Below, piece after piece: positions 7,029-13,555 of a stretch of 16,802 bases of DNA (positions are counted from its first letter, which is position 1; the number at the start of each line of letters is the position of its first letter). The DNA comes from Candidatus Iainarchaeum sp. Lineage in GTDB: Archaea > B1Sed10-29 > WALL01. Where the stretch lies: NCBI GenBank assembly GCA_023129115.1, contig JAGMCR010000007.1, positions 1 to 16,802 on the forward strand. Reading direction: 5' to 3'. The notes under the pieces are model-generated. The model did no database searches. It saw only the letters and a list, made by a program, of their open reading frames with translations, and was not told the DNA's origin. A program made the position numbers and the translations under genes.

Positions 7029-7910
7029 ATGGTTTGGGCGGCGTACGCAATCATCGCCTCAGTGTTTTGGGCGCTTAGCAACGTCCTCGACAAGCTCATC
7101 ACGGAAAAGTATTCGCGCGACCCACTGTTCTTGACCAGCTTCATGTGCTTGTTTTATTTGCCGGTGCTCTTGGCCTTGCCCTTCCTGGTCGAAATCGAAT
7201 TCTCGCTGGAAGTCGTGGCGTGGTCTCTTGCCACAGCAGTCTTCATGTTCACTTCGTACGTGTTTTACTTCAAGGCCATTAATCTTGAAGAAATCTCCCG
7301 CTTAATCCCATTGTATTCGCTAAGCCCTGTGCTGGTCGCGGTGATGGCGGCAGTGCTGCTCGGGGAAATCCTTGCTTTGGCACAGTACGCGGGCATTCTC
7401 CTCGTGGTGAGTGGGTCGGCCCTTTTGTTGATGAACCGCTCCTTCAAGTTCAGGTCAGGCAAAGCGTTTTGGTTCCTCATGGTCTCGATAATCGCTTACC
7501 CCATTTATTCCGTGATGTCCAAGCACGTCATGTCGTTCACGTCGTACTGGACAATGTTTTTTTGGCTGACGGCCGCGTTCACCGCGTATTCAATGATTGC
7601 CCTCTCACAAAAAAAGAAAGAGCTCAAGAAAGCGCTCCGCGGCAGCCCCCGGTTCATTGGCCTGGCCGTTGTGTCCAGCGCGGCGGGATTCGTTGCCGTC
7701 CTCTCGTTCATTTACGCGGTGTCGATTGGGCCCGTGTCGCTCGTGACCTCACTGGGTGAAATACAGTCGTTCTTCGTGCTGTTGATTGCCACTGGCCTGT
7801 CAATTGTTTTGCCCGGAAGCATTCCCGAGCAAGTGACAAGGAAAACACTTGCGCAAAAAACAGTGGCCGTTGTGCTGATGTTCCTCGGCGCGCTGCTCGT
7901 CACCAGCTAA
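7029..7910 (+). CDS. EamA / DMT family transporter
   Basis: About 10 TM helices in two repeats; YFKAI..EEISR..PL..LSPV.VA..A..LLGE and YAVSIGPVSLVTSL motifs. Confidence 0.9.
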   Translation: MVWAAYAIIASVFWALSNVLDKLITEKYSRDPLFLTSFMCLFYLPVLLALPFLVEIEFSLEVVAWSLATAVFMFTSYVFYFKAINLEEISRLIPLYSLSPVLVAVMAAVLLGEILALAQYAGILLVVSGSALLLMNRSFKFRSGKAFWFLMVSIIAYPIYSVMSKHVMSFTSYWTMFFWLTAAFTAYSMIALSQKKKELKKALRGSPRFIGLAVVSSAAGFVAVLSFIYAVSIGPVSLVTSLGEIQSFFVLLIATGLSIVLPGSIPEQVTRKTLAQKTVAVVLMFLGALLVTS

Positions 7911-7954
7911 ACCTTTATAAACAGAAACCGTTTTGTCCTCCACAGGTGGGCTCT

Positions 7955-9934
7955 ATGGACAAAGGCGTTTCTCCGGTTATTGCTGTTGTGTTGTTGATTG
8001 TTGTTGCGGTTATTGGTGGGACTGCAGTGTATTTTTTTGCGGCGGGCTTGGCTACGACTAAGCCTGGTACGCCTGAGCCCGCGCCGTTGAGCATTTCGCC
8101 GATTGGTGGTGGCAAGATTTTGGTGGCGAATTTGGGGCAGGACGTGTTCAATACCAGTGGCTTGGAGACGACTGAGACTGATGTCTTGGTCGAGTGTTTG
8201 CTTGAGCTGCTTCCTGCGAATGAGCAGACACAGTGTACTTTGGTTGGGCGCAATCCCCCATTGGACCGGGACGTTGTTGTGTATGGCCCGGGCGGTGGCT
8301 CGGCTATGGTGAACCCGCTTGCCTCTGGTTATCGGGATCCGAATTGTGGTGATGGCTTGTTGCATCCGAATCCCCCGGACAACGAGGAGTGTGACGACGG
8401 GAATACTGAGGCGCAGGACGCTTGCACCAATTTTTGTTTGAACGCGACTTGCGGTGACTTTATTGTGTGGACTATTAACTGTGGTGGCTTGTGCGAGGAG
8501 TGTGATGATGGGGAGGACGGCGACAACCACGACTCGTGTGTCGTGAATTGTACTGACGCCACTTGCGGCGACGGCTATATCTGGAACACTGACGGCGGCA
8601 ATGAGGAGTGCGACAACGGCACCGCGCTCAACAACGACACGGTCCCGGACGCGTGCCGCACCAACTGCAAGAACCCGTGGTGTGGTGATAATGTTATTGA
8701 TACTGGGGAGGAGTGCGACGATGGCGGTGCGAACAGCGATGTGAACCCGGACGCGTGCCGCACTGACTGCAAGAACCCGTGGTGCGGCGACGGCGTCACG
8801 GACAGCGGAGAGGGCTGCGACGACGGCAACAGCTGCAACGGCGACGGGTGCTACAATTGCCAGGTCGAGGACTGGGTCGAGACGTACGGCACCGGAAGCC
8901 TTGAGAGCATCCGCGCCGTTATTGACGCTGGCGGCGGAAACATCACTTTCGCTGGGAAGTCCAACGATAACTATTGGATTGTGAAACTCAATTCCACTGG
9001 CAGCGAAATATGGGGCCAGACACTGGACAGGGACTCCGCAGCCGATGACGCGTACGACGTCGTGAAAGCTGCTAGTGGCCACTACGTGGTGACGGGCAGC
9101 AGCACCAAAAGCGGGAGCCCAGGCGCATGGACAGTGATGCGCAACTACACTGATGGCACCGCCGTATGGGCAAACGAGTACGAAGGTGGCTCTACCACGC
9201 GTGGCTATGCCCTTTTCAAAGCAAGCGACGGCCACATAATCGTAAGTGGCGTCACCAACGGCGCCACAGAGAGGGTTTTGGCCCTTAAAATAAACAAGAC
9301 GGACGGCACCCAGCTTTGGGCCAACAACTTTAACGTGAGCGGCGACGCTATCGGCGCAGGAATCGCCGAGCACTCCGACGGCAACTATGTCTTTGCGGGC
9401 GAGGCGCAGACCACTGACGACGCGTTCGTGGTCAAGGTGAACTCCAGCGACGGCTCCAGGCTAGCGGGCTGGGGCGGCACGTTTGACTATAACATCCGCC
9501 AAGACATCTTCCACGACATCATCAGCACGGGCGACGGCCACTTCCTCGCGGTCGGCGAGGCAGACACAGGCACCGCCACAGGTGTTGACGTTTGGGCAGT
9601 AAAGATTAACAGCACCGACGGCAGTGCAATATGGAACTACACGTTTGATTCTGGCGGCAACAGCTACGACAAGGCCTACAAAGTAGTCGAGCACAGCGCG
9701 GGCGGCTTTGTCATGGCTGGCTGGGCAAACAATGGCGTTGACTACGACGGGTGGGTGCTCAAGATTGACGCGGCTGGCTCCGAGGTGTGGAACTACACCT
9801 ATGGCTGCACTGGCAACTATGTGCTTTCCTACGTTGACGAGATGAGCACTGGCGGCTTTGTTGCCGGCGGCTACATGCCCGACAACTCGAACGACGGCTG
9901 GATACTGCGCCTAGACGCGAACGGCTTGCTGTGA
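7955..9934 (+). CDS. Surface protein: archaeal type IV pilin N-terminus, Cys-rich (DUF4215/Myxococcus-type) repeats and C-terminal beta-propeller
   Basis: MDKG|VSPVIAVVLLIVVAV class III signal peptide; five CGD...E.CD.G repeats; repeated W..K....G...W blades; many N-x-S/T sequons; TATA at 7914-7921. Confidence 0.88.
   Translation: MDKGVSPVIAVVLLIVVAVIGGTAVYFFAAGLATTKPGTPEPAPLSISPIGGGKILVANLGQDVFNTSGLETTETDVLVECLLELLPANEQTQCTLVGRNPPLDRDVVVYGPGGGSAMVNPLASGYRDPNCGDGLLHPNPPDNEECDDGNTEAQDACTNFCLNATCGDFIVWTINCGGLCEECDDGEDGDNHDSCVVNCTDATCGDGYIWNTDGGNEECDNGTALNNDTVPDACRTNCKNPWCGDNVIDTGEECDDGGANSDVNPDACRTDCKNPWCGDGVTDSGEGCDDGNSCNGDGCYNCQVEDWVETYGTGSLESIRAVIDAGGGNITFAGKSNDNYWIVKLNSTGSEIWGQTLDRDSAADDAYDVVKAASGHYVVTGSSTKSGSPGAWTVMRNYTDGTAVWANEYEGGSTTRGYALFKASDGHIIVSGVTNGATERVLALKINKTDGTQLWANNFNVSGDAIGAGIAEHSDGNYVFAGEAQTTDDAFVVKVNSSDGSRLAGWGGTFDYNIRQDIFHDIISTGDGHFLAVGEADTGTATGVDVWAVKINSTDGSAIWNYTFDSGGNSYDKAYKVVEHSAGGFVMAGWANNGVDYDGWVLKIDAAGSEVWNYTYGCTGNYVLSYVDEMSTGGFVAGGYMPDNSNDGWILRLDANGLL
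8345..8869 (+). repeat. Five tandem Cys/Asp-rich coding repeats
   Basis: CGD(G/F/N)...(E/G)CD(D/N)G units; 39-nt segments at 8644-8682 and 8746-8784 match at 37/39 (102-bp period). Confidence 0.85.
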
Positions 9935-9952
9935 AGCGGCTTAAACTAAGCC

Positions 9953-10242
9953 GGCACGTTCGACTAAAGCGGGGCCAAAAGGCCCCGCGAATAGGCATGC
10001 ACTTTTCCAACTAATGAAAAAAGAGTTTGGCGCCCAGCTGAAACTCAGCCCAGACGAGAATCCCCCGGCGTTTTCATTTGGGAAATTCGCCAGGTGCCCC
10101 GGCAATCCTGTGGGATTCGCCAGGTCCTGCGGGATTCACGTCATGGCACGTTAGACTTGGGGGGCGTCAACTGACGCCCCCCAGAGGCATTTTTCTCGTG
10201 CACACTTTTCCAACTAACAACAGAAAAGAGTTTGGCGCCCAG
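9953..10242 (-). repeat. tRNA-linked direct repeat: two units (9953-10037 and 10145-10242), each including the 3' 10 nt of tRNA-Asn
   Basis: Both units read ggcacgtt(c/a)gact - GC hairpin - aggcat - cacttttccaactaa - aaaagagtttggcgcccag. Confidence 0.8.
10063..10140. repeat. Cluster of about 2.5 REP-like units
   Basis: ccccggc...gggaaattcgccaggt, ccccggcaatcctgtgggattcgccaggt and cctgcgggattc in tandem; related copy at 1-27. Confidence 0.7.
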
Positions 10243-10308
10243 GAAGAGATTTGAACTCTTGACCTTTCGGTTAACAGCCGAACGCTCTACCGACTAAGCT
10301 ACCTGGGC
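10233..10308 (-). tRNA. tRNA-Asn (GTT), intronless, CCA encoded
   Basis: gcccagg-tagcttagtcggtagagc-gttcggctGTTaaccgaa-aggtc-aagagttcaaatctctt-cctgggc-gcca; 76-nt cloverleaf. Confidence 0.97.
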
Positions 10309-10337
10309 ACGGTAAAATCAGGAAGTGGTTACTCACT

Positions 10338-10724
10338 TCACTTATTGTTTTTCAAATGGTAATAGACAGTGCGGAGCGGAATGTTCATCTGCTTCGCAAT
10401 CTCTTTTACGGGAACCCCGTTGTTGCGCATCTCCATTATTTTGCCGATGGACTTCTTGTTGTACTTCTTGGGCCGGCCGACGCCGACCTCGTGGTGCTTA
10501 ATCACCACGCCCTTGTTGTCGAGCGTCTTGAACACGCGCGTGCTCGTCTGCTTCAGCAGGCTCGGGGGGCACGCAAGCAATTCCAGGTTGGGGGCGCTCT
10601 CGAAGATGGTCATGACGATGTCCATCGAGGGCCGGGCATTGATGTAAAGCTCCCTGGTCTCGGCGCTAAGGTTGCCAATTTCCCTCAAAAGCTCGTTCTT
10701 GTTTCGGGTTTGGATCATTTCCAT
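10338..10724 (-). CDS. DUF1699-like protein with C-terminal resolvase-type HTH
   Basis: YINARPS...APNL...CPPSL...S..V...L; GRPKKY then GVPVKEIAKQMNIPLRTVYYHL (HTH). Confidence 0.75.
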   Translation of the reverse strand: MEMIQTRNKNELLREIGNLSAETRELYINARPSMDIVMTIFESAPNLELLACPPSLLKQTSTRVFKTLDNKGVVIKHHEVGVGRPKKYNKKSIGKIMEMRNNGVPVKEIAKQMNIPLRTVYYHLKNNK

Positions 10725-10783
10725 GCACTAAGCCCCCTAATTGACCTCAGCGAATATTTTATGCACGGTTCCTTTAAAAAGCT

Positions 10784-13555
10784 TTACGGCAGGAACTCCT
10801 TATTTCCTATCTTTTCGGGCAAATAAGTCTCTGTGATGAACCTCAGGCCCTTGGACGACAATGCCTCCAGCTCCGCCTTCCGCTGGCCCTTAATCATCTT
10901 GTCAATCTCCTTCTGCCACTCCGGGTCCTGGAACCACGGGTAGTTCTTCAGCTCCTTCGCCCGCTTGATGTCCAGGTCCTTCGCCTTGATTGTGTAGTTC
11001 CCCAGCTCGTACTTCTCGATGTCCGTCATCGTCAATCCAATGAACTTCGCGTTCGGCGTGCCGAGCCGGTCACTCACGTGCGCAAGGTTCATCGACCCCC
11101 ACTTAATCACCGAGTAAATGTACCACCCGTACGCGTCACCGTCAGTGTTGTGCAGCAGGAGCGGCCCAACACCACCAACAAACGTGTGCGTCGGGTTCAC
11201 TTCTATATCATACACAAAACCATTAGTGGCACTTACCGGCTCTATGCTCTTCACCGGCAGCAGCGCGATTTCGTTGTCCCCCAGGTTTTTCAGTGCCTTT
11301 AGTTTTGCGAGAGCATGCGCAGACACTGCTTTCGTTGGCGTCCCTGACCACCAGACCCTTTTGCCACCCCGCTTTTTGCTCTTGGCAAGGCCGGCCTTTT
11401 CCAGCCGCTTAAGCGACCTGTACGCCGTAATGTACTTGATGCCCAGCCTTTGGGCAAGAACCTGTGTTGGGAGTGGGCTATTGCTCAATGCCTCCATCAC
11501 ACGCGCCTTCTTTTCCAGCGGCTCCCAAGAGCCCACCCGCGAAAAGAGTTCCCGCAGCTTTTTTAGTGGGACTCGCTTCTGGTTGTTCACAAGCGGCCCA
11601 ATGCCCCGCCCAGTGATTAGCCGAATTTCGTTTTGCAGCGGCTTCAACAGTTTCGAGGGAATAGACTTGTGGAGGGGGCTTTTTTCCACTTCGTTTCTTT
11701 TCAGGTAGGGCAATGCCCCCTGGTCCAAGTCCAGTACAATATCCCTCAACATCCGGAGCGTGTGCTTGTTGGATATCACAACGTGGTAATACCTGCCCCC
11801 TGAAATCACTTGCCCGGTTTTTGCCATCACGTGGCCTTCGTTAAGCTTCTTTTCTATCTGTGCCCATCCCCCAAGCTGGAGCACCAGCAATACAACGTCT
11901 GCCGCAAGCTTGCGGCTCACAGTGCCCGCCCAAAGAGAGCAGCCTTTCTTTCTTACGCGCATGTTGCCGTCCCCCCTGAAGTACCCCAGCAAAAACTCTT
12001 TCTTGAGGCGGTTTGGGACGTTAAAGACCAGGTCCGGGACTTGCTTGTTCCTGGCCCCTTTTCCGACCACTAGCGCTTTTTCAAACAACGCCTTGACGAG
12101 CTTCCCACCAAACTTTACCTGCACCTCTGTTGGGTGCGGGGAATGGCAATGGGCTTCACAGCCGAACACTTTTTCGATGCACTGCACAGCATCCTGTATA
12201 TGCTTTTTTTCGTGGGCGCCAAAGCTAAGCACTACTTCACCAGCAGACAAATGCCCTTCTGCTGCGTAGTAGCCGAGCAACCTGCACAGCCGCTCCCCCA
12301 CTTTTGTTCTGCGGGGAACCCTTATTTTTGACGCCTTCCAGCGAATGGAATCCTTTGTTTTGGTAATGTTATGCAACAACTCTGGTCGCGTCTTCTGAAT
12401 CAAAGACACCCAATCGACTTCTTTTACTGACTCGTTGTTGGGGACCCCGCACGGCGAAACCATGAGACTCCCATTCTCCAACTCACTCACTTTTTTGGGC
12501 ACAATCTGGTAGTCCTCAAACACCATCACGCTATGCGACCCTGTCACGCGCACGCTGAACCCTGGCTCGGTGGTTACCTCCTCCAAGTCCTCGTAAATGG
12601 GGTGTCTCACGACGTTCAGGATGCTCCCAGTTTCAGTATTTCCGTCACTGCTGACTTCCAGTGCCTTTTCACTGCAGCCGCTGCCGCGCTCATACACGCC
12701 AGTATCCATCTTCCCGTACTTGTCCATGTGGCCATCCACGTACTCTCCAATCGCAGTATTGTGTACCCAGCCATCCTCGTCTATGGTGACAATTGGCTCT
12801 CCAGCATCCACGCTGAAGATGTAAAGCGGAATCTTGTGGTCGACCGAAAGCTTGTTCGCCAACCGCCTGATCCCGCGCGCGGCCTGCCCCTGCGAAGTCA
12901 TCAGCACGCACTTCTGTGTCTCCCAAAACCTGTCCTCGTGCAAGCGCTCGAACGCCGCGTTTTTCTCAATCAGCAAAATGTATTCCGCGTCGACTTTTTT
13001 GATTTCAACGTTCTCGACGTTCGACGGGATTGACCAGCCACCGGAGCCAAGCTTCGACCAGTCGACAGTGTCGCCCCGGTCCTTAATCACAACGTTGCCG
13101 ACAACGCGCCCGCGCACGTCCGCGTTCAAGTGCAATTCCTCGCGCAAGACGTCAAGCATTGTCTCGATGTCGACGACAATCGGGTCGCTCTCCGACTGCT
13201 CCTCGAGAGTGTTTTCCTTCGTCCCCGGAATCGTGCGCTTCAAGGCGTAATACATGTCACGAAGCGAAGTCGTAATCCCCTCTTCCACAAGCTCTTTGCA
13301 CACCCAGTTCGACACCAGCATGGTCTGCATGAACTTCCTCGAGTGCGCCACGTTCATGAAGCTCCGCTTGCTCTTCGCGGTCCCGAGCTCGAGCTGCTGC
13401 TTCTTCTCGTTGAAGTGAATGTTCGAGAGCGAGCGCACCGGCATCTTCACGTTCGGCGGCTGGCTCTTCTTTATTTCGTCGGCGACCTCCTTGCCCATCT
13501 CGCGCAGGCGCTTCGCCACTTCCTTGTCCCGCTTGCTGACATTCTTATTTGCCAT
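10784..13555 (-). CDS. top6A: DNA topoisomerase VI subunit A, intein-containing
   Basis: SLRDMYY (catalytic Tyr), EQSESD, LLIEK and TDGD.YG Toprim motifs, KAELEAL; about 367 aa after intein removal; ATG overlaps the top6B stop (TGATG). Confidence 0.96.
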   Translation of the reverse strand: MANKNVSKRDKEVAKRLREMGKEVADEIKKSQPPNVKMPVRSLSNIHFNEKKQQLELGTAKSKRSFMNVAHSRKFMQTMLVSNWVCKELVEEGITTSLRDMYYALKRTIPGTKENTLEEQSESDPIVVDIETMLDVLREELHLNADVRGRVVGNVVIKDRGDTVDWSKLGSGGWSIPSNVENVEIKKVDAEYILLIEKNAAFERLHEDRFWETQKCVLMTSQGQAARGIRRLANKLSVDHKIPLYIFSVDAGEPIVTIDEDGWVHNTAIGEYVDGHMDKYGKMDTGVYERGSGCSEKALEVSSDGNTETGSILNVVRHPIYEDLEEVTTEPGFSVRVTGSHSVMVFEDYQIVPKKVSELENGSLMVSPCGVPNNESVKEVDWVSLIQKTRPELLHNITKTKDSIRWKASKIRVPRRTKVGERLCRLLGYYAAEGHLSAGEVVLSFGAHEKKHIQDAVQCIEKVFGCEAHCHSPHPTEVQVKFGGKLVKALFEKALVVGKGARNKQVPDLVFNVPNRLKKEFLLGYFRGDGNMRVRKKGCSLWAGTVSRKLAADVVLLVLQLGGWAQIEKKLNEGHVMAKTGQVISGGRYYHVVISNKHTLRMLRDIVLDLDQGALPYLKRNEVEKSPLHKSIPSKLLKPLQNEIRLITGRGIGPLVNNQKRVPLKKLRELFSRVGSWEPLEKKARVMEALSNSPLPTQVLAQRLGIKYITAYRSLKRLEKAGLAKSKKRGGKRVWWSGTPTKAVSAHALAKLKALKNLGDNEIALLPVKSIEPVSATNGFVYDIEVNPTHTFVGGVGPLLLHNTDGDAYGWYIYSVIKWGSMNLAHVSDRLGTPNAKFIGLTMTDIEKYELGNYTIKAKDLDIKRAKELKNYPWFQDPEWQKEIDKMIKGQRKAELEALSSKGLRFITETYLPEKIGNKEFLP
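11147..12814 (-). mobile_element. Intein in Top6A (556 aa) with LAGLIDADG homing endonuclease and an extra winged helix
   Basis: Junctions YIF|SVDAGEP ... VTGSHS (block B) ... LLGYYAAEG and FLLGYFRGDG (blocks C/E) ... VYDIEV.PTHTF...LLHN|TDGD. Confidence 0.93.

Noticed and set aside
6238-7134. 298-aa plus-strand ORF
   Set aside because: Antisense to two better-supported genes and overlaps EamA out of frame; composition is not protein-like
8644-8784. Possible DGR template/variable repeat pair
   Set aside because: These are in-frame tandem protein repeats; differences are not adenine-specific and there is no reverse transcriptase in the window
7907-9373. 488-aa minus-strand ORF
   Set aside because: Antisense shadow of the pilin/adhesin gene with no recognisable motifs
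10028-10060. Second or split tRNA gene at the duplicated 3' end
   Set aside because: Only 10 nt of acceptor strand are duplicated; there is no T-arm, anticodon arm or bulge-helix-bulge context
10063-10140. Possible CRISPR mini-array
   Set aside because: Units are degenerate and adjacent, with no unique spacers of regular length; no cas genes in the window
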